A stretch of 36,184 nucleotides of DNA, from positions 1-36,184 of the IMG/VR virus record IMGVR_UViG_3300042938_001620, one strand, 5' to 3'. The notes below the pieces were generated by a model. That model had not been told where the DNA came from, did not search any database, and worked only from the letters and a program-made list of their open reading frames with translations. This document shows positions 16,738 to 26,234 of the stretch, piece after piece. Each line of letters opens with the position of its first letter. The stretch's first letter is position 1. The stretch is from a virus. Taxonomy: Duplodnaviria; Caudoviricetes. A program made the position numbers and the translations under genes.

Positions 16738-17019
16738 ATGTATTTTAATTTTACAATAAGGAACTTTTGCAAACCAAGAAAAGAGTTTAAAAAGTATTTT
16801 TCATTTTATAAACAAATTTCCAAATATAAAAATGTAGAATTCGAAATATTTTATTCAGGAGATAATATTTTTCAATTTCAATTAGATTTTTGTCCTATTG
16901 CCAGAGATCATGGTGGTTTGAATATAAATTTAACTTTTTTGGGATTTGACGCAGGGTTAATAATTTATGATTCTCGGCATTGGGATTATAAAAATTGGTG
17001 TTGGGAAGAAAAGTATTGA
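16738..17019 (+). CDS. hypothetical protein
   Basis: 93-aa ORF. Confidence 0.7.
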   Translation: MYFNFTIRNFCKPRKEFKKYFSFYKQISKYKNVEFEIFYSGDNIFQFQLDFCPIARDHGGLNINLTFLGFDAGLIIYDSRHWDYKNWCWEEKY

Positions 17020-17050
17020 CATTCTTATAAAATATATTAATATTGTCTTT

Positions 17051-17560
17051 ATGGATAAAGAACTTGAATTAAAACTTGTAAAGAAATACTCGAAGATTCT
17101 CAAAGATTACAAAGGAGATATGATGCAAACTTGTATGGCATGGGGAATGGAGTGCGACAATGGCTGGTACAATCTTCTAGACAAATGCATGGAGAAACTT
17201 CAATATTTTTGCGACATTTGTTCAAAGAATGGAGAAGAAGTACAAGTCGTTGCTAATCAGGCCAAAGAAAAGTACAGCACGCTCCGTTTTTACGTAAGTG
17301 TCTATGGTGCAAATAGTATTGAAAATAATATTATCGATGACATTATTAATCAAGCGGAAGCAGAGTCTGCTAGAACTTGCGAAGTGTCGGGTAAGCACGG
17401 AGAGTCCTGTCATAGAGGTGGTTGGTACAAAACTCTTTGTTACGAAGAAGCAAGAAAGCTAGGTTATGTAGCTTGCAATGAATCAACAGAATCTTACTGG
17501 AAAGAAAAAGACGCAAAAGGAGAAAAAAATGACGACCACGATGAACCAGAAACAACTTGA
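17051..17560 (+). CDS. conserved phage hypothetical protein
   Basis: WGMECDNGW...QAKEKYSTLRFY...CEVSG...WYKTLC; start trimmed to ATG 7 nt after TTGACA-16-TAATAT. Confidence 0.8.
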   Translation: MDKELELKLVKKYSKILKDYKGDMMQTCMAWGMECDNGWYNLLDKCMEKLQYFCDICSKNGEEVQVVANQAKEKYSTLRFYVSVYGANSIENNIIDDIINQAEAESARTCEVSGKHGESCHRGGWYKTLCYEEARKLGYVACNESTESYWKEKDAKGEKNDDHDEPETT

Positions 17561-17999
17561 AGAGTTTGCATTTTATGAAAGCGGATTGTCTGCTGATGGA
17601 TGTCTACAAAAATTAGATTCTTATGCCATTGAAGCCATTAAAAAGTATGGGAGGATTCTTGTACAAAAACAAAAAGAAAATTTTATAGCAGGGTTTCAAG
17701 GTTGTTGTTATACGTGTGAACCAGTTGGTCTTCTAAATCAACAACTGGAAGAACAGCTGAAATGTATCGGAGAAGACGGTACAGAAGAACACAATGCTGC
17801 TGTAGAGCTTCGTAGTAAATTAGCAGAAGCTCTCGTTAAAAACGATCAATTGGAAGAAATTGCAAGAAGACTTTATGGAGTTGTTCTGCACTTACAAGAA
17901 GTATCTAAAACAAATATGGTAGTTGTAATTGGTCCAAATTTTTATTCAGAAACTGTAGATTCTATTAAAATGTATGAAGACTATAATGCCAATACTTGA
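17529..17999 (+). CDS. hypothetical protein
   Basis: ORF 17478 trimmed; CxxC motif and coiled coil. Confidence 0.7.
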   Translation: MTTTMNQKQLEEFAFYESGLSADGCLQKLDSYAIEAIKKYGRILVQKQKENFIAGFQGCCYTCEPVGLLNQQLEEQLKCIGEDGTEEHNAAVELRSKLAEALVKNDQLEEIARRLYGVVLHLQEVSKTNMVVVIGPNFYSETVDSIKMYEDYNANT

Positions 18000-18150
18000 A
18001 AAGATTTTATTTTTGTTAGTGATAATAGTATTAATACTTTCAGCTTGTGTTTCTAGTTATTATATAGACAAGCAAGGTCAGTTGGATATGGAAGAATTAG
18101 AGCGAATGGTTGAACAAGAATTACAAGAAAAACATGGAAAACGAAACTAA
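17986..18150 (+). CDS. 54-aa membrane protein or lipoprotein
   Basis: MPILEKILFLLVIIVLILSAC...; LSAC lipobox-like; not in ORF track. Confidence 0.6.
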   Translation: MPILEKILFLLVIIVLILSACVSSYYIDKQGQLDMEELERMVEQELQEKHGKRN

Positions 18151-18406
18151 ATATAAGTTTATAGAAACAACAGGATGTACTGCATTTAATTTTACAGTAA
18201 ATGATAAACAAATTTCAGAACTTTCCGAACAAGATTATAGTGAAATGATAGATTATCTTTTTTTGAAAGTAAAGGAGGGGATTAAAGAACAAACTATACT
18301 TCTTGAAGATGTCGTAAAATTGTTTCAGCCGAATGATTGGAAGTATGATCCAGAACCATGTTCACAGTGTTTCGATACGGTTTCTACAACTACATGGAAT
18401 ATTTAA
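18134..18406 (+). CDS. hypothetical protein
   Basis: ORF 18110 trimmed to ATG. Confidence 0.7.
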   Translation: MENETKYKFIETTGCTAFNFTVNDKQISELSEQDYSEMIDYLFLKVKEGIKEQTILLEDVVKLFQPNDWKYDPEPCSQCFDTVSTTTWNI

Positions 18407-18477
18407 TTTAAAGTTTTTGATATAATTGAAGAAACATAAAAATAAATCAATTTAAAATCTATTTAATTTAAAAAAAT

Positions 18478-18846
18478 ATGAAAAAAATAATTAAACCATT
18501 AGAAAGGGAAGAGGCTGTTTATTATTCAGACTTTTCTGGAAAAATTTTAGGAGAGTTCGGTGTTCCTGTTGAGCTAAAAATTTCTTGTGGATATGGTTCT
18601 AAGTATGATGGTAGTGATATAACTCTTCATTTAGACGATAATGATTTAGAAAAAATAATTTTAACATTTAAACAACTAATTTCTGATGATTTTAAAAAAG
18701 AAATTAAGAAAAAAATAGAAAAATACGAAGAAGATTATGATAGTAGTATGCAAATGAGAGATTGGGATCATTGCGATAGAGCAATAAATACACTTTGGTT
18801 TTTTAAAAATATTTTAGATATAAAACAAGAAAGTTATGAAAAATAA
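18478..18846 (+). CDS. hypothetical protein
   Basis: 122-aa ORF. Confidence 0.7.
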   Translation: MKKIIKPLEREEAVYYSDFSGKILGEFGVPVELKISCGYGSKYDGSDITLHLDDNDLEKIILTFKQLISDDFKKEIKKKIEKYEEDYDSSMQMRDWDHCDRAINTLWFFKNILDIKQESYEK

Positions 18847-18943
18847 AAAATTAATTAAATTTTTGTATAATAAAAATTCGGACGTGCAAATTTTTGTAAC
18901 TGGATACGAATGTGGTTACGATTTTTTACCAAGAACATCTTAA
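18836..18943 (+). pseudogene. truncated homologue of the 13791 gene
   Basis: MKNKKLIKFLYNKNSDVQIFVTGYECGYD aligns to MKVKELIEILQKEDPETLILVDGYEGGYA and stops at 35 aa. Confidence 0.55.
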
Positions 18944-18947
18944 AATT

Positions 18948-19079
18948 ATGTTATATTTTATTATAGGAGTAGGAGTTGGTATTTTATTCTCATTTATATG
19001 TTTGTTTTTTTATATTTTCTATCAAAATGTTATGACCTTAAAAGAAACATATAAAGACGGATGGGATAACCCTTTTTAA
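18948..19079 (+). CDS. 43-aa membrane peptide
   Basis: MLYFIIGVGVGILFSFICLFFYIFY... Confidence 0.5.
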   Translation: MLYFIIGVGVGILFSFICLFFYIFYQNVMTLKETYKDGWDNPF

Positions 19080-19087
19080 AAAAAAAT

Positions 19088-19495
19088 ATGAAAAAAAATA
19101 AAGAAAAATATACACCAGATAAAATGCATCCAGAAGATGCTATTTATAAAGCAAAAACATTTATTCGTGAACTGGAGAAAGTGCAGAGTTTATACTTTGA
19201 AAAACTTGTAAGTGATTTAAATTTAAATTCAGAAGGAGAACAATGGTTGTTTGACTATGTTTATAATTCAGAAGACGAATATGACGGATTTGACCATTAT
19301 TTAGATAATCATAATAAAAATTATAATAATATGTTTATAAGTGATATAACGAATATTAATGATTACTCATCACCTGTGGATCATATGAGTTCTTGTGAGG
19401 CTAGTTTAGGAACAACATTTCCAAGTCCATTTGACAATGAAGAAGTTTCTATTGAATTGAAAACATTAACAGAAACAATTAAAAACAATGAATAA
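19088..19495 (+). CDS. hypothetical protein
   Basis: 135-aa ORF. Confidence 0.7.
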   Translation: MKKNKEKYTPDKMHPEDAIYKAKTFIRELEKVQSLYFEKLVSDLNLNSEGEQWLFDYVYNSEDEYDGFDHYLDNHNKNYNNMFISDITNINDYSSPVDHMSSCEASLGTTFPSPFDNEEVSIELKTLTETIKNNE

Positions 19496-19522
19496 AAAAT
19501 TAAAAAACATATTCATTAAATT

Positions 19523-20158
19523 ATGAAAATTGAATTACTTAATTATTTTGGCAACGATTTAATGGTTGTGAATTCTGCCAGAGTAAGTTATGGAAAGTAT
19601 AAAGAAATCTTAGATGATAAGGATATAAAACTTTTAACTTATTTAGTGGAACACAAACACACAGCACCATTTAGACATCCACAATTACAATTTAGAATAG
19701 AATGTCCTATATTTGTAGAAAGACAGCTTTTTAAACATCAAATTGGACTATCAGCTAATAGCATTTCTGGTAGATATGTGGATTTTAGTGATAATTATTG
19801 CAAAATAGAACAACTCAGAAAGCAGTCTAAAAGTTCAAAACAAGGAAGTGATGGTATTGTTGATAGACCAGATTTAGTTGAAAAAATGAATAAACATATG
19901 GAAAATTCTTCCATATTATATAAGGAATTATGTGATTCTAATGTATCAAAAGAACAAGCAAGAATAATTTTACCATTAGCACTAGAAACTCAATTTATAT
20001 GGACGGGTTCTCTTTTAGCATTTATACATTTTTGGGGTCTTAGATTAAAATCAGACACACAAGAAGAAACTAGGTATGTAGCACAAGAAATGTTAAGATT
20101 GATGGAAAATATTCCAGACAAACCTTTTAAACACACATTAAAATCGTTTGGATATTAA
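19523..20158 (+). CDS. thyX: flavin-dependent thymidylate synthase
   Basis: NSARVSY, HTAPFRH, PIFVERQLFKHQ...SGRY, EQARIILP, LRLKSDTQEE. Confidence 0.92.
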   Translation: MKIELLNYFGNDLMVVNSARVSYGKYKEILDDKDIKLLTYLVEHKHTAPFRHPQLQFRIECPIFVERQLFKHQIGLSANSISGRYVDFSDNYCKIEQLRKQSKSSKQGSDGIVDRPDLVEKMNKHMENSSILYKELCDSNVSKEQARIILPLALETQFIWTGSLLAFIHFWGLRLKSDTQEETRYVAQEMLRLMENIPDKPFKHTLKSFGY

Positions 20159-20179
20159 TGTCTTAAAATAAATTAAAGT

Positions 20180-20584
20180 ATGGCAAAGTATATTAAAAAA
20201 ATAATTACAAGCGAATTTTTAGATTTATATCCTGATGTGTATTTTATTTTTGGAGATAATTTAACAAGAAAAGGTAGTGGAGGAGCGGCAAAACTCAGAC
20301 ATCACCCTCATGCTATTGGTTTTATTACAAAAAAATTTCCTGATAACAACGACAGTTCATTTTATAGACCAACTGAATACTCACCAGTGTTTTTTGAGGA
20401 ACTAGAAAAACTCAACAATATTGTTAAATTATATCCATCTAAAATATTTTATGTCTCACAGCTTGGAGCAGGATTAGCTAATAAATTTAGAATTTGGGAA
20501 TTGTTAATAAGAGACAACCTAGTACGAAAATTAGAAAAATTTGACAATGTAATATTTTGCTGGGACGATAACATTAATACATGA
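20180..20584 (+). CDS. phage protein, possibly macrodomain-like
   Basis: FIFGDNLTRKGSGGAA and LGAGLA glycine motifs. Confidence 0.5.
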   Translation: MAKYIKKIITSEFLDLYPDVYFIFGDNLTRKGSGGAAKLRHHPHAIGFITKKFPDNNDSSFYRPTEYSPVFFEELEKLNNIVKLYPSKIFYVSQLGAGLANKFRIWELLIRDNLVRKLEKFDNVIFCWDDNINT

Positions 20585-20997
20585 CTGATAAACAAATGAA
20601 TGCTGATACAATAAGATATTTCAACAGAGCAGAAAAATTACAAGAACAGCTTAGAGAATTTAATTTTCATCATTTTGAATACTTTTGGTATAATGATGGA
20701 ATATATTCTGGATGTTGGAAAGACATGTCTGTATCAATGGATTCTCCGGATCGAGATGGTCATTGTTACTGGCAGTTCGGATTTAGAAGTAAATTGTCAA
20801 GCAATCCGAGACTGAATTTAGAAGGAATAGTTCCTGTTGGAGATGATTATTTTGTTTTTAATTTGAGATATGTACAAGAGGTGAAACTACATGATAGAGA
20901 TGGGTATTGGGGACCAGTTGCTGTTTCGTCAATTGAAGATGTCTTGGAAAAAGACTTGACTAACATGCAAAAATTTATAGACTATTTAGTTAAATGA
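20581..20997 (+). CDS. hypothetical protein
   Basis: Coupled ORF. Confidence 0.7.
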   Translation: MTDKQMNADTIRYFNRAEKLQEQLREFNFHHFEYFWYNDGIYSGCWKDMSVSMDSPDRDGHCYWQFGFRSKLSSNPRLNLEGIVPVGDDYFVFNLRYVQEVKLHDRDGYWGPVAVSSIEDVLEKDLTNMQKFIDYLVK

Positions 20998-21001
20998 ATT
21001 T

Positions 21002-21229
21002 ATGAAAATACCAGTAACATTCGTAAGCGTACATCCAATGACATTCGATCTTGTAGGAAATATATGGTTTATAGTTGGTTGCGATGAGGACAAAAAGACA
21101 TTAACACTTTCAGCCACACAAGATCAAACAATAGTATATAGTTTTACTGAAATTAACAAATTGAAGGGTTGTTTTTGGTTTGGACATATTTCTGATGAAG
21201 ATATCAGAACAGCTAAAGAAATTATATGA
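21002..21229 (+). CDS. hypothetical protein
   Basis: ORF track. Confidence 0.65.
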   Translation: MKIPVTFVSVHPMTFDLVGNIWFIVGCDEDKKTLTLSATQDQTIVYSFTEINKLKGCFWFGHISDEDIRTAKEII

Positions 21230-21450
21230 GAGCAGACTATAAAAATACAAAAGTTGGAGATCAAGTAGTCTTCAAAAAATCTACCAAACATTGGTTTATC
21301 GACAGAGAAGAGAATGCAAAGAAACTAAGAGCAGAAAAAACTTATACAGTAAAAGAAATTTCTGTTGCATCTTCTTCAACTGGTGTTACACTAGAAGAAA
21401 CAGGAGAATTGGAATATGAACTTTGCTGGTTTGATATTATAGAAAATTAA
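21226..21450 (+). CDS. small beta-barrel-like protein, paralogue of 21913
   Basis: NTKVGD...HWF...ENAKKL...YTVKxISVASSSTGVxLEET...WFDIIE shared. Confidence 0.8.
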   Translation: MRADYKNTKVGDQVVFKKSTKHWFIDREENAKKLRAEKTYTVKEISVASSSTGVTLEETGELEYELCWFDIIEN

Positions 21451-21454
21451 AATT

Positions 21455-21916
21455 ATGAATACAGAAAAAAAAACATTAACAGAAGAATTTGAACAAATTC
21501 TTTCATCAAAAGTAGACACAAAGTTAGAAGAAGCAGGATATACAAAAAACGTAGAAGAATGGATTGAATTTGTAGAAAATTCTAAAACAGATCCTCTAAC
21601 ACCAAACGAGTATATTTGCGATTATACAATTGTGAAGAATGCTGAAGCTTTTGCTCTAGGACCAGTATTTTCTTATATGGGAAAAGTATATGCTTGCTCT
21701 GCATCCGAATACAATTCTTTGAGAGATTTGAAAGACCATTTAAATGGGAAAAAATACATAGTTTATTATATTCTTTGTCGAGTTGTTTCTGAGCCTATTG
21801 GTCCAATAGAAACAAGAGATCTTTTTATTACATTTAAAGATAATTTTTCGCCAATAGATAGAATTGGAAAAAATCCAAAATTGCGTTATACCTTTAGAGG
21901 ACACATCTTAGAATGA
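21455..21916 (+). CDS. hypothetical protein
   Basis: 153-aa ORF. Confidence 0.7.
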   Translation: MNTEKKTLTEEFEQILSSKVDTKLEEAGYTKNVEEWIEFVENSKTDPLTPNEYICDYTIVKNAEAFALGPVFSYMGKVYACSASEYNSLRDLKDHLNGKKYIVYYILCRVVSEPIGPIETRDLFITFKDNFSPIDRIGKNPKLRYTFRGHILE

Positions 21917-22149
21917 TACCTAAAAAATACGCAACATACCAAAATACCAAGGTTGGAGACAAGATTATGTTTAGAGAATCTACCATGCATTGGTTTACTA
22001 ACAGAATTGAGAATGCAAAGAAGCTAGTCTCTGGACAGGTTTATACAGTAAAGAAAATTAGTGTTGCTTCTTCTTCAACTGGTGTTATACTTGAAGAAAC
22101 AAACGAAGAAGTAGAACTAACTTGGTTTGATATTATAGAAGATTTATGA
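21913..22149 (+). CDS. small beta-barrel-like protein, paralogue of 21226
   Basis: Clear end-to-end alignment with 21226. Confidence 0.8.
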   Translation: MIPKKYATYQNTKVGDKIMFRESTMHWFTNRIENAKKLVSGQVYTVKKISVASSSTGVILEETNEEVELTWFDIIEDL

Positions 22150-22346
22150 ACGACGAACTAACAACAAAAGTATATAGAATGTTTCAAAATGAAACCATTT
22201 TTTATAAAATTGAAATAAAAGACTCTACTGATAAGATTTGGTTTGAAGGAAAACTTTATACCGAAGAAAAACAAAACGAAACAAAGATTCCAAACCTGCA
22301 TAAGAAGCTTGATCAAGCTATTAGAAACATTCCGGATCATTTTTAA
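22146..22346 (+). CDS. hypothetical protein
   Basis: Coupled ORF. Confidence 0.65.
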   Translation: MNDELTTKVYRMFQNETIFYKIEIKDSTDKIWFEGKLYTEEKQNETKIPNLHKKLDQAIRNIPDHF

Positions 22347-22348
22347 TT

Positions 22349-22885
22349 ATGAAAACCAAAATAATATATAAACTAGAAGACGTAATAGCTGATAATCCTA
22401 CAGCAACTCCAAGTGAAATTATTGAAAAAATTGATGGTTTTTTGGCTTGGAAAAAAAAATTTGGTGCGCTGTACTGCGGACCAAAAGTTTATACATATCT
22501 TCAAATGTCTTCAAAATTTAAAGTCGAAAGTAACGAAAACAATTTAGAGTTTCCAATACTTTTCGGGACATGGATTAATGAAGATCAAACATTAGCTTTG
22601 TATCTTTCTCCAGATAAGTGTAAAGAAGATGAATTTATTTTGGATGAAGAACGATATACACGCGAAGAAATATATAAGATGTTTGAAAACGATAAGACTC
22701 TTGATGATGAATTTAGACGTGAAATATTAGGAAGATTGGATGCCACATATCAAGCCATGTGGAATTGCGTAAATGACAGAGATAACACTATGGAAATGGC
22801 TAATACTTACGGAGATAGATGGTTAGAAGAGTATAATCGTTTTGTTCAATTATATCAAAAATACGAAGCAGTGAGAGTTCCATGA
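22349..22885 (+). CDS. hypothetical protein
   Basis: 178-aa ORF. Confidence 0.7.
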   Translation: MKTKIIYKLEDVIADNPTATPSEIIEKIDGFLAWKKKFGALYCGPKVYTYLQMSSKFKVESNENNLEFPILFGTWINEDQTLALYLSPDKCKEDEFILDEERYTREEIYKMFENDKTLDDEFRREILGRLDATYQAMWNCVNDRDNTMEMANTYGDRWLEEYNRFVQLYQKYEAVRVP

Positions 22886-22914
22886 GTGAATACACACCAG
22901 ATCATTTTTAATTT

Positions 22915-23178
22915 ATGAATACTACAATAAAATCTATAAAAGAACAAAAACTCATACATGAAGATGAACTTTATGCACATTGGGGATCAGCAACACAGAC
23001 TATTGATGGTCTAATGATTATAGACTTTAGAGAGTGGGAAGAAGAGAAAACTCTTAAAGAATATGGTTTTTATTCCGAAGGCACTGACTTAATGAAAGAT
23101 GGAAAAAAAGTGGGAGATATTAAAAGGGGTTGTCAAAAATTAGATTTTAATATACCATATCCTTACATAGTTCCGTAA
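22915..23178 (+). CDS. hypothetical protein
   Basis: 87-aa ORF. Confidence 0.65.
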   Translation: MNTTIKSIKEQKLIHEDELYAHWGSATQTIDGLMIIDFREWEEEKTLKEYGFYSEGTDLMKDGKKVGDIKRGCQKLDFNIPYPYIVP

Positions 23179-23184
23179 AAATCT

Positions 23185-23520
23185 ATGAACGAATACACAC
23201 CAGATAAATGGCTAGTCGTTAAGATCGAAGGTGGAAAATTTCCTTTGACCTATAAAGTATTTGCTTGTTGGCATGGTGGATATCTGGACGGAGATTCTTG
23301 GAAGCTGAATAGCGGAATTACAAAGGTCACAAGAGAAGATAACTACTATTTGTTTGAAGGTTATTCTGGTTCTGTTTATTCTTGCAACGAAAAACGTTAT
23401 GGTGTTACTATGTATGGCTATGGAGTTTTACAGAACATTATAGAAAAATCCAAAGAAGCTGGAGTAAATGTAGAAAAAATGCCAGACGATACAAATTGGC
23501 TTGACTTGTCCTTTGAATAA
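23185..23520 (+). CDS. conserved phage hypothetical protein
   Basis: YTPDKW...YKVFACWHGGYLDGDSWKLNSGI...GYSGSVYSC. Confidence 0.8.
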   Translation: MNEYTPDKWLVVKIEGGKFPLTYKVFACWHGGYLDGDSWKLNSGITKVTREDNYYLFEGYSGSVYSCNEKRYGVTMYGYGVLQNIIEKSKEAGVNVEKMPDDTNWLDLSFE

Positions 23521-23534
23521 CTTATACTGGTTAT

Positions 23535-23753
23535 ATGAAGGAAAAACGATACTTTATTGAAATTACAATAAAAGATTCTGAAACATTAGAGCCAGTACGC
23601 TCTATTACTACTGGTTCAGATTGGCCAGAAAGTTTTTTTAGAACATCTGCAATATCCACTTTCCCACACCCGAATATGATGACAGAAATTCACGGATGCG
23701 TGGATATACTTTGTTCGATTCATTTTGGAAATGACAAGCAATTTAAACTTTAA
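23535..23753 (+). CDS. hypothetical protein
   Basis: ATG 6 nt after TTGACT-16-TATACT. Confidence 0.7.
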   Translation: MKEKRYFIEITIKDSETLEPVRSITTGSDWPESFFRTSAISTFPHPNMMTEIHGCVDILCSIHFGNDKQFKL

Positions 23754-24032
23754 GTGAAAATTTCGAAGAATAGTTTAGGTGGAAAGAATAACCATGGACG
23801 CATGAGTGGCGCACGTTCGAGTCGTGCTTCTTCGACCATTTTTAAAAAATTACAAAAGTTAGATAGAGAGATTGGGGAACTACGAAAACGCAATGCATTT
23901 TTAGGTATAGCTGCAAGTTATATTAATACAATGGGAAGTGAATACAAAAACCATTTAAAGAAAATTGAAAAGCTTGACATGAAGAGAAAAGAAGTTAGAA
24001 TAGAGAGAAAGAAATATGCAAAGAAAACTTAA
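23754..24032 (+). CDS. basic hypothetical protein
   Basis: GTG start, K/R rich. Confidence 0.6.
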   Translation: MKISKNSLGGKNNHGRMSGARSSRASSTIFKKLQKLDREIGELRKRNAFLGIAASYINTMGSEYKNHLKKIEKLDMKRKEVRIERKKYAKKT

Positions 24033-24393
24033 ATTTCGCGCTTGGGACACACTAGCAAAAAAGTTCACCTATCCTGATAAAGGATATCAAGGACATTATG
24101 TTTTGGATTTGAATGGAAAGTTTCAAAACCTTCAGAATGGTTCTGGTGGTGATGAATATGTTGTTCAGCAATGGACTGGACTAAAAGACTATGAAAGCAA
24201 TGATATTTATGAAGGCGACATAGTAAGATATGAGCTAGATGGCACTGTTTATACTCAAACCGTAGGGTGGGGTAATAATGGCTGGGAGATGGAAGATACA
24301 AGATTATATAGTACACCTTTGATAACTAATTTGCCGAACTTTGAAGTAATTGGAAATATCTTCGAACATCCAGAACTTTTAAACAATGAATAG
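24016..24393 (+). CDS. YopX family protein
   Basis: KFRAWD...QWTGLKD...IYEGDIV...EVIGNIFEHPELL. Confidence 0.88.
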   Translation: MQRKLKFRAWDTLAKKFTYPDKGYQGHYVLDLNGKFQNLQNGSGGDEYVVQQWTGLKDYESNDIYEGDIVRYELDGTVYTQTVGWGNNGWEMEDTRLYSTPLITNLPNFEVIGNIFEHPELLNNE

Positions 24394-24841
24394 AATACCA
24401 AATTATAGAGTCTGGCACAAAATTGAAAAGCGTTTTGTTGATTTGAGAAGCATTGACTTTGAGTTAGATAACATTGGTTATGATTGTCAAGGAGAAGCTC
24501 ATTATTATGATGTTGCTAAATTTGATGAGATAGTCTTTCAGCAATTTACCGAACTCTACGACAAGAATAAAAAACCAATCTATGAAGGTGATAGAGTAAG
24601 ATTTGGCTATACTGGAAAAGTAGACTTCTTTGGTGAAGTTATTTGGCTTGAAGACAGAGCATCATTTGGAGTTAGAACTAAGAATGCTTTTGAAACTTTT
24701 GAAGACTTAATGGATTATATGAAATACTTTGAAGTAGTTGGAAATATCTTTCAATTGCCTTGTAATCCAGATCACAATGGAGAATGTTTAGTTTGTGATT
24801 GTTGGTTGAGTGATTGTCCTTTGCAACAAAATAAACAATAA
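24386..24841 (+). CDS. YopX family protein with C-terminal Cys-rich tail
   Basis: YRVW...QFT.LYDKNKKPIYEGD...EVVGNIF followed by CNPDHNGECLVCDCWLSDC. Confidence 0.85.
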   Translation: MNRIPNYRVWHKIEKRFVDLRSIDFELDNIGYDCQGEAHYYDVAKFDEIVFQQFTELYDKNKKPIYEGDRVRFGYTGKVDFFGEVIWLEDRASFGVRTKNAFETFEDLMDYMKYFEVVGNIFQLPCNPDHNGECLVCDCWLSDCPLQQNKQ

Positions 24842-24873
24842 AACTATGAAAAGCTCTGAAAGAAGTATAAACT

Positions 24874-25140
24874 ATGAATAAAGAAACCAACCCGACCGAA
24901 GACGATAAAAGTCTTATATCAAGAGAAACTGAAATAAAGCACATGATTCATACAGCAGCTGAATATATGTGCAGGGCAAAAAATTTGGATGAAGTAAAAG
25001 GAGATGATGCTGTTATTCAAAGAAATCATCACTGCAATATGACAAACGCAACCATTTCTTATCTTGTCGGAAAGTATAAATTAGATCCTAACGAAGCATT
25101 TGATTCAGTTGTTTCTTTTGCTAAAACATTGTCCATTTAA
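24874..25140 (+). CDS. hypothetical protein
   Basis: 88-aa ORF. Confidence 0.65.
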   Translation: MNKETNPTEDDKSLISRETEIKHMIHTAAEYMCRAKNLDEVKGDDAVIQRNHHCNMTNATISYLVGKYKLDPNEAFDSVVSFAKTLSI

Positions 25141-25227
25141 AACAAGCAAGCTGTGACTTACCAACATTGGATTCGCAAGTTTTAGCAGAGGCATTTCTGC
25201 GAACACTCGGAAAATGGGAGGAATAAA

Positions 25228-25506
25228 ATGACACTCAAACAAAAAATAGTTAGTATCGTAATAGTAGGTGGTTTATTCAGACTTTCTGAATTCACTGCAA
25301 ATATAATCATGTGGTTAATGAAATTGTTTAGGACTAGAAAGCCTCATTATCTTTATGTATATTTGAAATATGAACAAGACTTTCTTTATCCTTTAGCACA
25401 AAAGATTTGCTATTGCTTGGGTCTTAAAAAAGAATGGGATGTTCATCAAGAAGGTTTGGATAGATTGGAAAAATTAATTTTTGGAGAAGATGCAAAAAAA
25501 GATTGA
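25228..25506 (+). CDS. hypothetical protein
   Basis: 92-aa ORF; GGGAGG upstream. Confidence 0.65.
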   Translation: MTLKQKIVSIVIVGGLFRLSEFTANIIMWLMKLFRTRKPHYLYVYLKYEQDFLYPLAQKICYCLGLKKEWDVHQEGLDRLEKLIFGEDAKKD

Positions 25507-25538
25507 CGTTTCCAGAAATATTGTCTAATGTTATCAAC

Positions 25539-25670
25539 ATGAGCAAAGAGCTTAAAAAACTTAAAGGTGGTAAAAATTTAGCAACTGAAGTAGCAAATCA
25601 TCCAAATTTTCTGAAACTTGGAAAACGAGGACTGAAAAAGTTGGTTAATAAAATTCAAAAGAATAAATGA
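25539..25670 (+). CDS. 43-aa lysine-rich peptide
   Basis: MSKELKKLKGGKNLATEVANHPNFLKLGKRGLKKLVNKIQKNK; 7 nt after TTGACG-17-TAATGT; ATGA overlap downstream. Confidence 0.65.
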   Translation: MSKELKKLKGGKNLATEVANHPNFLKLGKRGLKKLVNKIQKNK

Positions 25671-26035
25671 ATAAAAATAAATTTAGATTTTGGAACCCTC
25701 AAACCAGATCATTTGTGCAGAATTACAAATATAATGGTTTTGTTGATGAATTGTTTGAACCTGATGAATTTCTCATCCCTCAACAATTTCTTGGAATTCT
25801 GGACAAGAATATGAAAGAGATTTTTGAGGGAGATGTAATTACAGGAAAGTATGGTTCAGGAGGTGTATATTTAATCGGGGAAGTAAAATATAGTTGTGAT
25901 TTGTGCTCATATGTCGTGGATTGGTATCATCAAATTTCTATATTTGAAGTTGACTCTTTGGAAGTAATCGGTAATATAGTTGAAGATTATATGTATGATG
26001 AAAGCGGAGAATTGTTAAAAAAACTTCATGAATAA
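25667..26035 (+). CDS. YopX family protein
   Basis: KFRFWN...QFLGILDKNMKEIFEGDVI...LEVIGNI. Confidence 0.85.
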   Translation: MNKNKFRFWNPQTRSFVQNYKYNGFVDELFEPDEFLIPQQFLGILDKNMKEIFEGDVITGKYGSGGVYLIGEVKYSCDLCSYVVDWYHQISIFEVDSLEVIGNIVEDYMYDESGELLKKLHE

Positions 26036-26234
26036 AATAGAATTATTAGATTATTTTGCTGGACACGTCCTTCAAGCCATGATATCTTCTAAGACAGAAA
26101 TAGGTATTATGGAAGATATGAAAAAACAATACTATCCAAAAATGTCATATTTTATTGCAAACGAAATGCTCAAGGAAAGAAAGAATTATTTTCCAACCAA
26201 AGTCGAAGTAACAACTGTCAAACAAATACAATGA
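26028..26234 (+). CDS. conserved phage hypothetical protein
   Basis: LDYFAGHVLQAM...SYFIANEMLKER motif. Confidence 0.75.
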   Translation: MNKIELLDYFAGHVLQAMISSKTEIGIMEDMKKQYYPKMSYFIANEMLKERKNYFPTKVEVTTVKQIQ

